Of a stretch of 64,000 bases of DNA, positions 28,501-37,490 are shown piece by piece; position 1 is the first letter of the stretch, and each line of letters opens with the position of its first letter. The DNA comes from a virus. Taxonomy: Duplodnaviria; Caudoviricetes. The notes under the pieces were generated by a model. It ran no database searches. It had not been told where the DNA came from and saw only the letters and a list, made by a program, of their open reading frames with translations. The position numbers were made by a program, and so were the translations under genes. The stretch spans positions 1 through 64,000 of IMG/VR virus record IMGVR_UViG_3300017909_003066, one strand, 5' to 3'.

Positions 28501-31500
28501 AGAGATGTTGCATTAAATCCTGATGATAAACCACTGTCTGTGTACAAGAAGAATTCTGTAGTTCCATTACCACTGGTAACATCTATATAATACGTTCCGT
28601 CAAATCCTGTTGAGAACCCGTTACCATCTAAGCCTGTAATTTGTACAACAGAGCCATGTCTAAATTTATGTGTTGCGGTTGTTGTTATTTTTGTTGCACT
28701 ACCTAGTGTAATACTTGCAATATCTTCATTGACTGGATCAATTTGGTTTACTACATATTCTGTAGTATCGTTGTTAGTCGCAAAAGGTGTTAATTCAAAT
28801 CTACTATCTTCAAATGGAAGGTAATCAAAGTTTCTAATTACTAACACTGTGTTTCCAGATGTGTTATCAGCACCAACTGTGTCTGCTTCTACAATTTGTG
28901 TATAGTCTGGATCAGGAGAACCTGTTGCTTGTGCGTTTACATGTCTAAAGAATGTCAAACCGCTTTGAATATTTTCGTTTGGATCTGAACCTTCTGCTTT
29001 AATACCAATACGTCCGTAAGCATTAGAACCATTTAATGATCTAATTTGTCCACCGTTTCTTGCCCAATATGCCGTATCACAGTAATACGTAAACACAGAA
29101 ACTGTTTCTATTAAACCTGCGTTTGTGGCAATTAAACCAAATCCATCTGAGTTAATCTGTGTGTAGTCATTTGATGTCATAGACTTGTTACCAGCAGTTT
29201 CTATTCTTATTTCTGTTCCTTGTGGAATATTACCAGTTAAGTTAGAACGCTGTCTCGATTGGATTAAAGTTGTAGATGAAAGTGTTAGTGTTTGTTTAAA
29301 TGTTCCGGCACCTAGTCCGTCATCTACAGGAGCAGTTGCTCCAATTACTCTGTAAGTAAATTTTTCAAAATCACTTACACCTGAAACAAATTGTCTACTA
29401 TCTTGATATAAAAATGTAGTTGGTAATTGTACTTCTCTTATTAAACCTTGTAGTGTAATTGTAGATCCTGTTGCAGGATTATCTACAACTGTTCCGTATT
29501 GCACACCTGCATTACCGTCAACAAGTTGTCCACCACCACCTTGTCCTGAGAATGAAGAACAAGTTTGCACATATGGTGACTTGGTTAAAATTTGTCCATC
29601 TGGATCAAGTGTCATTACGAAACCTTGATGTCTACGTAATGTTAAGTTTCTTAAAATAATCGCGTTATTACATAGGAACATATCCATATGTTGGTTTAGT
29701 TTTTTCAACTCAATTACAGTATTGTTGTTTATTGTTGCCTGTAAAGTTGTTGTAGTAGTTGTATTGATATCAGAATAAAGATTTCCTCTCCATCTTGATT
29801 GATCTCCTACTGCATCTGGATCACTTGACCAACCTTTTACATAATAGGTTACACCACCATTTTCAAAATACATGCCATTGACTGGAGGGTACGCAAGATC
29901 TTTTACTGATATAGTGCTTTGTCCTAATGTGTTAATTGGTGTGCCAGTTGAGTCTGCACGTGAATACTGTGAATCATAATGTTTTCTAAACCTTGCTTCT
30001 TTTGGTAATGAGGTACCGTTGTATCTTAAAAGGTCACCTCTTTCAAACGTCATGTTTAAAGAACGTGTAACTGGTCTAATGCCTAACTTAGGTTGTATAA
30101 TAGTTCTTCTAAATTCGTCACCTTTAAGTGAAACGTTTTCAGGGAGTACAATAGGAAAGTCTTCTTCATATACACCCGATTCAACGAATATTGTAATTTC
30201 AGGTTGCGGAATGTTCTGTTCTCTTCCTTCTCCGCCTGTTTTTGCTGGAGCAACGCCTGTACCGTTTGTTATAACATTTGTTATAATGTTCATAAGGGTT
30301 ACAATAGTAGTTGATGCTCCTGCCTCTGCTGTAATACTAGTATCAACAAATTGTGTAAAGCCGCTTTGGTTACTGAATGTTCCTTCTTCTACAGGTAATG
30401 ATCCTAAACCTGCATTGATTACAGTAGTAATCATATTCATAAGTGTTGTTACGATTGCATCAGCACCTGACTCACCTAAACTATTTCCAATAAATTGTTG
30501 TGTTGCTGTTTGTTTAGATGTAAATGCATTATTATCTAAAATAAAGTTTAAAACAATATTCTTTGCATAATTTAATGCATCAATTGTTTGTGCTTGTTGT
30601 CCTGCGATTTGACTTGTTGCACCATCCCAATAACTTGCGGCATTGATTCTTGATTTAGTGTTACCACCAAATTTAATATCAAATGCAACACCTTCTAAAA
30701 TTGATTTTGTATCTCTTTTAAATTTTACTGGATCATAAGTAAATCCTGAATAGATTCCAGTTCCGTTTGCAATATTTTCATTAATGTATGCAACTACTTC
30801 GTCTGCTACGTAATCTGCGTTTTTTGTAATTAATTCATGTGCGTTTGGAAACCTTGTATTCTGTGATGGCACATAAGGAGTATTAGTTAATACGTTGTTA
30901 ACAATTAAATCTCTAGCAAAATTAATTGCCGCAACTGTTTGTGGTTGCTGTCCTGCAACTCTTGATGTAGCACCGTCCCAATAACTTAATGCGGCATCAA
31001 CGGTTTTTGAATTACCAACATAAGTCAAATCAAAACTTACAGCATCAATAATTAAACCAATATCTCTAAAGCATTTTTCTCTGTTAAATGTAAAGTTACT
31101 TGCAAAACTATCTGAATCATCACCGTCATTTATTTCATATTCAATAAATGCTAAAGTTTCTTCTTGTACAAATCTTCTGTTTTCTACAAGTAATTTATTT
31201 GCCAATACATTAGTTAAATCTTCTGTTCCGTCTGCCGCCAAATTGATTGTATATGGTCCAGGCTTTTTGCTTGGTACTGGCCAATAAACATCACCTGTAT
31301 ATAAACCTTGGTCTTTAAGAACTATATCACCTTTCATAATACGCTCTGCGTAAAAACATGCTTCTCTTACTGTGTTAAAAGCACGTGACTGTGAGCGTCC
31401 AATTAATGATTGGTCTACACCTGCCGCCTTCATTTGTGCTTCAGTTGTACCTGTCTTGCTTACAAAGATATTATTTTTACTTGTAAAACTTGAACTGTCT

Positions 31501-32138
31501 ACATAGGATTTTGTTGCCGCAGTTTTTCCATCATCGTCGAATCTAGGATTAGAACTTAAAACAAGTGGACCAGTCATTGTGTCCCCTGCTTTTGCTACTT
31601 TACTATCTGCGTACTGTTTGTTTACTGCTTCATCATTAAGTGTAGGTGTTCTTGGATCATTACCATTACGTAATAAAATTTGTCCTGTTGCTGTGTCTCC
31701 TGTTACATCAAGAAAGTTGTTATCAGCATACTGTTTTGTAACTGCATCTTGTGCCTTTGTAGGATCAGCAAGTCCTTCAATTTGAAATGTGTTTGCATCA
31801 AGTGTTCCACCAAGTTGTGGAGAAGTATCTCTTACAACTTCTGTACCTGTATTTCTTAAAATAACTTTAGTTGGATCAGTAGCACTGTCAATAGTTAAAC
31901 CATCACCTTCTAATATTTTTTCAACTACTGCATCACCTGTTGCATTTGTACCTAAAATTTTATTTGCTGTTAAAGATGCTGGTGTATTATCTAAGTTTTG
32001 AAAGTTAAGTCCGCCACCTAAACCTAATGCCGCATATATCTCAACAAAGTTTTGGTTGACTTTATCAAAACCTACTCTAATACTATCACCGGTAGCGTCA
32101 TTACCCGTAGTACCAATGTTTACTTCTTTACGTGCCAT
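25557..32138 (-). CDS. Giant (2193 aa) tail-fibre/virion protein with C-terminal intramolecular-chaperone-like domain
   Basis: Same gp9/gp10-like N-terminus, DA(V/A)xKxYxD fibre repeats, beta-helix-like middle, C-terminal ADLAENY...VALQGRVPCKV. Confidence 0.85.
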   Translation of the reverse strand: MARKEVNIGTTGNDATGDSIRVGFDKVNQNFVEIYAALGLGGGLNFQNLDNTPASLTANKILGTNATGDAVVEKILEGDGLTIDSATDPTKVILRNTGTEVVRDTSPQLGGTLDANTFQIEGLADPTKAQDAVTKQYADNNFLDVTGDTATGQILLRNGNDPRTPTLNDEAVNKQYADSKVAKAGDTMTGPLVLSSNPRFDDDGKTAATKSYVDSSSFTSKNNIFVSKTGTTEAQMKAAGVDQSLIGRSQSRAFNTVREACFYAERIMKGDIVLKDQGLYTGDVYWPVPSKKPGPYTINLAADGTEDLTNVLANKLLVENRRFVQEETLAFIEYEINDGDDSDSFASNFTFNREKCFRDIGLIIDAVSFDLTYVGNSKTVDAALSYWDGATSRVAGQQPQTVAAINFARDLIVNNVLTNTPYVPSQNTRFPNAHELITKNADYVADEVVAYINENIANGTGIYSGFTYDPVKFKRDTKSILEGVAFDIKFGGNTKSRINAASYWDGATSQIAGQQAQTIDALNYAKNIVLNFILDNNAFTSKQTATQQFIGNSLGESGADAIVTTLMNMITTVINAGLGSLPVEEGTFSNQSGFTQFVDTSITAEAGASTTIVTLMNIITNVITNGTGVAPAKTGGEGREQNIPQPEITIFVESGVYEEDFPIVLPENVSLKGDEFRRTIIQPKLGIRPVTRSLNMTFERGDLLRYNGTSLPKEARFRKHYDSQYSRADSTGTPINTLGQSTISVKDLAYPPVNGMYFENGGVTYYVKGWSSDPDAVGDQSRWRGNLYSDINTTTTTTLQATINNNTVIELKKLNQHMDMFLCNNAIILRNLTLRRHQGFVMTLDPDGQILTKSPYVQTCSSFSGQGGGGQLVDGNAGVQYGTVVDNPATGSTITLQGLIREVQLPTTFLYQDSRQFVSGVSDFEKFTYRVIGATAPVDDGLGAGTFKQTLTLSSTTLIQSRQRSNLTGNIPQGTEIRIETAGNKSMTSNDYTQINSDGFGLIATNAGLIETVSVFTYYCDTAYWARNGGQIRSLNGSNAYGRIGIKAEGSDPNENIQSGLTFFRHVNAQATGSPDPDYTQIVEADTVGADNTSGNTVLVIRNFDYLPFEDSRFELTPFATNNDTTEYVVNQIDPVNEDIASITLGSATKITTTATHKFRHGSVVQITGLDGNGFSTGFDGTYYIDVTSGNGTTEFFLYTDSGLSSGFNATSLVDGAYSGSGATAGFGGRAKLNLGSAINIGVGTQVADGSKITLTVGRKVLLKNVLDAPRVLPSSAIRFLNVGIDAQVFRILNVERFDVSEPTGTVSNIQEHLLDLRVPANLNSGVTTTITTKISTMRATGHDFLNIGWGNYADSNYPNNVFGAPEGKPDFSAVQSNEAVEDGAGRVFYASTDQDGNFRVGQFFRVNQGDGSVELNANIGLTNVDSLKFTKGTSIDEFSTDRKMQGLSDDSVPTEGTIAEYINSAIIGQHEDGANFREPTTTGSQTGGQFGLLNRAGYNGTNLVWNKMNGELNLNNNKITNIFQGTNNTDAINKLYADNVFRGTTTDSVRTDVTAFTMLNDSTLDSGTIDMNGNRIKSLRDPVDGSDAVTKQYVDTQNSIAGLEGVSVTGTPSNTDVLMFTGNNTVDGLGNPISGMANVALDTTTNSTSGSRIFGEPSGTGSDVRFTRAGNTIQIALANGAIKNADVSAEAEIAQSKLNLNLATSRTSDVLGGRTVNTIALNNPIQVTTTTNHDLNDGESVTFSGVGGTIELNGNTYFVDVTSATQFNLYSDSGLTTAVDGTVGFTAFGAGGFIVNSRLLQESSGVASFDSQEFSVTNGWVELKTSSGLTDGVGLEKLTQQAASSIVGVPQGSSNASVTALTPTQARTVLNVEDGADVTDFENVKLAGALMADGSVSMNSAGTPALNTNDIKPRTTNTFDLGATDKFWNDSYVTTHNTTNIKASTTGGFTLQNQAGATALTVNNTVTDSTFEGGARKLTTARNITLSGAVTGSVSFDGTADASITTVVNHNHDGDYVNVGGDTMTGTLTTRALTPSANNTYNIGASNARYNTIFATTFNGTATAAQFADLAENYLGDETYEPGTVVVFGGANEVTQSNEFMSTKIAGIVSTNPAHLMNAEMEGDNVVAVALQGRVPCKVQGTIKKGDMIVASDNPGVGVANDNPKLGSVIGKALQDYTSSEVGTIEVVVGRL

Positions 32139-32141
32139 ATG

Positions 32142-32465
32142 TTAAACTCCGAAACTTTCTCCGCAACCACACGAACTAGTTGCATTAGGATTGACAATAC
32201 TCATATAAGAGCCAAATACTTCCTTTTTATAGTCAATTGTAGTACCTGCTACATACATTAAACCTATACCATCTATTAAAAACTTGCCATTTGCAAGTTC
32301 AATTTGCTCGTCACCTTTTGATATTTCTTCTACTGCTTTCCATTCATACTGAAAACCAGCACATCCACCGCCTTTTACACTTAATTTAACGTAAGGTTTT
32401 TGCTCACGTTCAATGATGTTTTCCATGTGTTCTTTAGCAGAATCTGTGATATTTACGATGCTCAT
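32142..32465 (-). CDS. iscA: A-type Fe-S carrier (IscA/HesB)
   Basis: GGGCAGFQY and NPNATSSCGCGESF. Confidence 0.95.
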   Translation of the reverse strand: MSIVNITDSAKEHMENIIEREQKPYVKLSVKGGGCAGFQYEWKAVEEISKGDEQIELANGKFLIDGIGLMYVAGTTIDYKKEVFGSYMSIVNPNATSSCGCGESFGV

Positions 32466-32522
32466 ATCAATATTTAGTTTAAAATTTTGTAATCCGAATG
32501 TAAACGATTAAATACTTTAGAA

Positions 32523-32810
32523 ATGTTTATTAGGATAGATAATCATATAACACACTTCTATCGCAAGAGTAAAAAGGGTAAAATACACCCTTATAAACGC
32601 ATTAAACAAGTAGCAGTGTTTCAATGTGATGAATGCGAAGAGCAGTTCAAACGTGACAAGGGCAAGGTAGATCCTAAAAGGCTATCTGACAACTATTTCC
32701 ATGTATGTGAAAAATGTGATCCAAAGCGATTTGCACAGAAAAAAGGTGTACAAAAACGTTTAGTTTGGAATATGCCTGCAGGCAGTACGTTAGATATTAG
32801 TAAAATTTAA
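32523..32810 (+). CDS. Hypothetical Zn-ribbon protein
   Basis: CDEC...CEKC, basic; TAAATA at 32509. Confidence 0.65.
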   Translation: MFIRIDNHITHFYRKSKKGKIHPYKRIKQVAVFQCDECEEQFKRDKGKVDPKRLSDNYFHVCEKCDPKRFAQKKGVQKRLVWNMPAGSTLDISKI

Positions 32811-33181
32811 AAACCAACAAAGTCTCTATATTCTTCGTTAATCTTATCTTTGCCCCATTGCGGTAACATAGTAGTAATAACTTGCACTTCGTTTATTTTT
32901 TCATGGCACTCTAAAGTAAGAGTTTTGACTTGTTTTAAAAGTTCATCTGCAAACGGACACCATGCACTTGTAAAAGTCATAAGCACATACAGTTTACCGT
33001 TTTGATCTATTTTAAGGTCATATATTAACCCTAGGTCATATATGTTTATTGATATTTCAGGGTCAAAGATGCCTTTCAAAGTGTCTACAACCGTTGTGCG
33101 AACAATTTCTTCTAATGCATTGTCGTTTTTAACGTGATCTAAAGTTTTTAGAAAAGCATCACTGACCGCTGATGATTGCAT
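32807..33181 (-). CDS. sufT: SufT/MIP18 (DUF59) Fe-S assembly protein
   Basis: DPEISINIYDLGLIY and MTFTSAWCP; start moved to MQSS. Confidence 0.88.
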   Translation of the reverse strand: MQSSAVSDAFLKTLDHVKNDNALEEIVRTTVVDTLKGIFDPEISINIYDLGLIYDLKIDQNGKLYVLMTFTSAWCPFADELLKQVKTLTLECHEKINEVQVITTMLPQWGKDKINEEYRDFVGF

Positions 33182-33182
33182 A

Positions 33183-33356
33183 TTATCCTCTTTTCCAGAT
33201 AGTCCATGCTCCATAGGCAATTGCCGCATAGGCAAGTAAACCTGCAATAGGTTTTGCAATCAGTACTACTATACCAAGTGCAATAAGGGCCGCACCGTCC
33301 CAAGATGTTCTTTCTTTAAAACGGTCAGATACCCAAGATTTAAATTTATCAATCAT
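33183..33356 (-). CDS. Small two-TM membrane protein
   Basis: Start moved to MIDKF after AGGAG; 'ERTSWDG' followed by hydrophobic helices. Confidence 0.65.
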   Translation of the reverse strand: MIDKFKSWVSDRFKERTSWDGAALIALGIVVLIAKPIAGLLAYAAIAYGAWTIWKRG

Positions 33357-33366
33357 AATTTGCTCC

Positions 33367-33510
33367 TTATTGTTTTTTACGTGGTCTACCACGTGTTTTT
33401 TTAGTAGGTTGTATTTTAGCCTTAGTTTTACTTGGTGCCTTTTTCTTATTAGGTTTTTTTGGTTGTTCTTTCTTTTCAGAAGAGAATAAACTTTTAATCC
33501 ATCTAATCAT
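33367..33510 (-). CDS. 47-aa Lys-rich protein with C-terminal AT-hook (RGRPRK)
   Basis: Hand-translated, below the ORF-track cutoff; GAGGA SD; fills the gap between neighbours. Confidence 0.65.
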   Translation of the reverse strand: MIRWIKSLFSSEKKEQPKKPNKKKAPSKTKAKIQPTKKTRGRPRKKQ

Positions 33511-33522
33511 ACTAATTTCCTC

Positions 33523-34074
33523 TTATTCTGTAAGTGTAATTACCCCACAAGCAAGTCTTTTGCCTGCATTTCCGGTCTTAAGTGATTCGTCGTCTCCGCC
33601 CATTCCCAAATCATCTTCATCTTCATGAACCACTAAAGCACGACCTATAATTGATCTATCTCCAAATAGATCAACACGTTTTGCTATTATTGTGAAATCG
33701 GCTACGCCGTTTGTTCCCGCTACGACATTTTCTAAATCACCAACATGTCCTTTATCAAGTCCACCGTGATTAACATTGTCTGGATTATAATGAGCACCAG
33801 CACTGTCGCAACCATCTGATAGATCACCGTATTCATGTATATGAAAACCATGTTTTCCTGGAGTAAGTCCTGTTATCTTACCAACAATCATAGTTGGTTG
33901 TTCTGGAGACAACTGTCTAAACAGTATTGTTCCTTTGACTTTGTCTGAATGTTCTAACACACATTTACCTGTGATAGGTTCCTGTGATTCGTTTATTGCT
34001 TTGATTTTAGAACAATGGCATTCCATGGCCCTCGTTCTAGGACAACGTTTATCGGATATTTCATTCAGTTTCAT
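33523..34074 (-). CDS. sodC: Cu/Zn superoxide dismutase
   Basis: [40 protein letters not shown]. Confidence 0.96.
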   Translation of the reverse strand: MKLNEISDKRCPRTRAMECHCSKIKAINESQEPITGKCVLEHSDKVKGTILFRQLSPEQPTMIVGKITGLTPGKHGFHIHEYGDLSDGCDSAGAHYNPDNVNHGGLDKGHVGDLENVVAGTNGVADFTIIAKRVDLFGDRSIIGRALVVHEDEDDLGMGGDDESLKTGNAGKRLACGVITLTE

Positions 34075-34167
34075 ATCAGTATTTATTGTTATTTTTTACA
34101 AAAATCCCATAATCTGTTTCTGTATTCTTTTTTACTTTTACTAAAATTAGTAAACGTTTTTGGATAC

Positions 34168-35253
34168 TTAACCAAATGTATAGGCTTTTGTTTCAAAACT
34201 TGACTGATAGGACCCTCTGCTAAAATCCTCATCTCGCTCATAGCAATATTTAGCCAATTCGAAAGATGCAAGATTCTTTGCTTTCGATTCAACCATTATA
34301 TCAGCAGTTTCGTTAAAAGATAATGCCCAATCATTTACTGCTTTATTCCACATAAAATCGCTGTGTGCTCTTAACTTTTGTTTTTTAAAACCTTGTTCAA
34401 GCAGTTCATTCATGTTTGGAAGTGTATTTGAATTATGACCTTCTAGTAAATCTTCACGTGATACTGAATAATGTATAACAGGTCGAACACCACGCCAACT
34501 ATCTATTATGCGTAGATATCTATCGTCGGTGGGTTGTATGTATTCTCCACTAGCGACCCAGTGATGGTGTATGTCAAGTACGAGTGCGACATGTTTTTCA
34601 AGTTCGAGTGACGCATCGATGCCCCACGACATTTCGTCATTTTCGATTGTAATAACATTTTTCGCTTCTTGAGATAATCTTGGGAGGACATTAATGATAC
34701 CGGTTGGACCTTGTCTGCCCGATATATGGACATTGCATTTAAAGTCTTGGAAGGATTTTCCGTAACCCATCCACCTGATGACATCAACATGATATTCAAA
34801 CTCCTCTATACTTCTATTTACGATATCAGGATTATCTGACGCAAGTACAGTAAACTGACCAGGATGCATAGAAAGCCTAACATCCAGTTCACGAGCCTTT
34901 GCGCCGACGACTGATAGGTGCTTTTCACAATATTCTCGTACATCAGGCTTCCGCCAGAAATAGCACCAAGTAGGCTCAGTATAAACAGGTAGGACGTCAC
35001 TTCCCAACCTAACCATTCTAAGTTCATTCGGTAATCCTCCAACATATTCAATTAAGTTTTCAAATGATTTGATATTGTGTTCCATAATGTCCCACAATCT
35101 TTGTTCAGCAACTTCTGTAGTTTGTCTGTTTAACCATGCAACTGTTGTACTTCGTGTATTCAAAGGACGTTGAACTTCCTCTAACAGTTTTTTACGCATA
35201 GTTTGATCAGGATACATATACTTACATGCAAAACCAATTCTTCTTATTGTCAT
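34168..35253 (-). CDS. uvsE: UV-damage endonuclease UvsE/UvdE
   Basis: IGFACK, RLSMHPGQF, IENDE, LDIHHHW, AHSD, MVESKAKN; start moved to MTIRRIG (ATGA overlap). Confidence 0.93.
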   Translation of the reverse strand: MTIRRIGFACKYMYPDQTMRKKLLEEVQRPLNTRSTTVAWLNRQTTEVAEQRLWDIMEHNIKSFENLIEYVGGLPNELRMVRLGSDVLPVYTEPTWCYFWRKPDVREYCEKHLSVVGAKARELDVRLSMHPGQFTVLASDNPDIVNRSIEEFEYHVDVIRWMGYGKSFQDFKCNVHISGRQGPTGIINVLPRLSQEAKNVITIENDEMSWGIDASLELEKHVALVLDIHHHWVASGEYIQPTDDRYLRIIDSWRGVRPVIHYSVSREDLLEGHNSNTLPNMNELLEQGFKKQKLRAHSDFMWNKAVNDWALSFNETADIMVESKAKNLASFELAKYCYERDEDFSRGSYQSSFETKAYTFG

Positions 35254-35945
35254 ATATACCTTCTCAATATTTCCCAAGTTTCTTTATAATCACTTACATG
35301 ATAACATGTACCTCTATCGTTGTCAAGTATTACTTTTTTCAACGGATAATCATTGCCATCTTTGTCCATTCTATCCCCAAAGAACACTATTTCTCCGTCT
35401 ATCCAATCTAAAATTTGTGCTTTATCTTTTCCCTTTGGAAATATATCAATACCAGTTTCTCCTCCAACTAATGCTTCAATTGCCGGAAATTGTCTTTTAA
35501 ATGTGTTTGCTATTCTTATGCGTTCTTGCTTTTCAATATCCCAAGCCACATACATTTTACGTTCTGCCATTGTTGCATTTCTGCCAACAATACTAAAGTT
35601 ACACATACCAGGTCTGTGTTCAAAATGTAAACCTGTGCGTAAAGGAAATTTACTTTGTTTTAGTTCAATATCAAGCATTTCTTCTGCTTCCGTCGGCAAT
35701 TGCCATTCGCTTGTATAAAAGTTTTTTGATCCTTTCCAAACATCACTTCCAGAACAGTTAAAACAATAGTCAACATTTCCAGTAATCATCATACCTAGTT
35801 GTTCACGTGTTTTTGCAATATCACTTCCTGTTACTAAACTAACATGATTATTGTTTATAAAAGAAAGAAACCAAGTTTGAAAACTAGGATCTATTACTTG
35901 TCTACTAGGTGTAAGTGTTCCGTCTACGTCAAAAACAAAATGCAT
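35250..35945 (-). CDS. HAD-IIB phosphomannomutase (PMM-like)
   Basis: FDVDGTLT, LVTGSD, NFSIVGR, GGETGIDIFP, FFGDRM--DGNDY. Confidence 0.85.
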   Translation of the reverse strand: MHFVFDVDGTLTPSRQVIDPSFQTWFLSFINNNHVSLVTGSDIAKTREQLGMMITGNVDYCFNCSGSDVWKGSKNFYTSEWQLPTEAEEMLDIELKQSKFPLRTGLHFEHRPGMCNFSIVGRNATMAERKMYVAWDIEKQERIRIANTFKRQFPAIEALVGGETGIDIFPKGKDKAQILDWIDGEIVFFGDRMDKDGNDYPLKKVILDNDRGTCYHVSDYKETWEILRRYI

Positions 35946-35946
35946 T

Positions 35947-36819
35947 TTAACTCCAATTTATTTCTACCCAAGGATCTTCGCAGTTATGAGGATTAGGATC
36001 TCCATGGAAAACACAAATACAACATTCTGCAGGAGGTTTTACATCTTCAATTTGTGCAAATTTTCTATTACCTTTAGCACCAGATTTTAAAGTCCTGTCT
36101 TTGCGTACTTCCCATTTCCAACTTCTAATCCACTCGTCTGGCCATAAAGTTGCAGTACCTTTAGCACTTGTCCATAACCAGTCCTGATCTCCAAAATGAG
36201 TACTGATGATTTTTTGTGGATTTGAAATAAAATCAGTCCACACATGTCTAAGTTGTCCATGTTTAAATCTTATTACACTAGAATTATATTTTTGCCAACC
36301 AGGTTGCATGGCTCTTGTAAAATCTCTAATTACACACCACTTCCCTGGTTGAAAAGTAAAAAGTTTATTCAAGTTACCACTTATGACAACATCTAAATCC
36401 ATATAAAGAATATTACTGTCTTCTGGTAAGGGTAAATCAGGTGAATACATGTAAGGCTTACACCACCAACCAGATAGTTCTTTAGGTAAATCTAAACATA
36501 AAATATTTTCGTTTATATCTTTTTTATTATCGGTAAGACAAACCATTTTAAAAGGTATAGTTAAGTTACGTTTAACCATACTATACAATGTGTTAACGTA
36601 TTTCGCTGAATACTTGTCGCCGTGTTTAAGGCAAAGCACATAATTATTTTCTTTGTTATCAAACATGTCAGCAGTAGGTGAACCAGAAACTTTTCTTTTA
36701 AGTTCATCAAATGCTTGTTGTTCTGCTTGTTTTTTATTCTGTAATTTTTCTTTTCGTTTTTGTGCTTGTAAGATTCTAAATTCTTCTTTTGTATATTTGC
36801 TTTTATCTAATTTTGCCAT
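35947..36819 (-). CDS. Putative GT-A glycosyltransferase
   Basis: CLKHGDKY, WWCKPYMY, YMDLDVVI (DxD), YNSSV, GDQDW, FHGDPNP. Confidence 0.75.
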   Translation of the reverse strand: MAKLDKSKYTKEEFRILQAQKRKEKLQNKKQAEQQAFDELKRKVSGSPTADMFDNKENNYVLCLKHGDKYSAKYVNTLYSMVKRNLTIPFKMVCLTDNKKDINENILCLDLPKELSGWWCKPYMYSPDLPLPEDSNILYMDLDVVISGNLNKLFTFQPGKWCVIRDFTRAMQPGWQKYNSSVIRFKHGQLRHVWTDFISNPQKIISTHFGDQDWLWTSAKGTATLWPDEWIRSWKWEVRKDRTLKSGAKGNRKFAQIEDVKPPAECCICVFHGDPNPHNCEDPWVEINWS

Positions 36820-37490
36820 TCATCTACGTCCTTGGGTGAATTAATTTCAATTCCGTTAAAGTCAACATGTGAACAACCTATTTCCCAAGCATTTTTTAAC
36901 CAGCGAAGTTGTTCTAATCCTTCTATATTTTCTTCTTCGGGTACTTCTAAATCGTTGTACAGCCTTAAAGCATTTTCTCTATAACCATATATACCTAGGT
37001 GATGTTCACCGTAACCTTTAAATCCTCTTGCACACCAAAGCACTTGGTCACCTGCTCTAACTAACTTAACTGTGTTAGGATCATTTTGTTTTTCCTTTGT
37101 CATTGTTGTGTAAACAGTTGAAATAGGATAATACTTTAACCACTCAATTACTCTATTAATTATCTCTATAGAAATGTCTGGCATGTCTCCTTGAACATTT
37201 ACAAAATAATCATAATTTTCAAGTTTGTTAAATTTACTTACTGCACCAGAACATCTTTCTGTACCGTTTGTATAGGGTGCTATGTGTTCTTCTTCAATCC
37301 AACAATTATCAGCACCAAACAAATTAAAAATACGCATATCATCTGTAAGCACGTATGTCTTAATTCCTGTTGAATAACAAACATCATATACACGTTTGAT
37401 CATAGGAACACCATCTAATAGTGTTAAAGGTTTTCCTGGAAAACGTGTACTTTTGTATCTAGCGGGTATAAGAATAGCGGTGGATTTCAT
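36807..37490 (-). CDS. kdsB: CMP-KDO synthetase
   Basis: IPARYKSTRFPGKPL, NVQGD-P, HLGIYGY, EGLEQLRWL. Confidence 0.92.
   Translation of the reverse strand: MKSTAILIPARYKSTRFPGKPLTLLDGVPMIKRVYDVCYSTGIKTYVLTDDMRIFNLFGADNCWIEEEHIAPYTNGTERCSGAVSKFNKLENYDYFVNVQGDMPDISIEIINRVIEWLKYYPISTVYTTMTKEKQNDPNTVKLVRAGDQVLWCARGFKGYGEHHLGIYGYRENALRLYNDLEVPEEENIEGLEQLRWLKNAWEIGCSHVDFNGIEINSPKDVDEWQN

Noticed and set aside
21654-32001. + strand ORFs of 60-210 aa within the structural genes
   Set aside because: Val/Pro/Ser-rich mirror translations of Thr/Gly-rich fibre codons.
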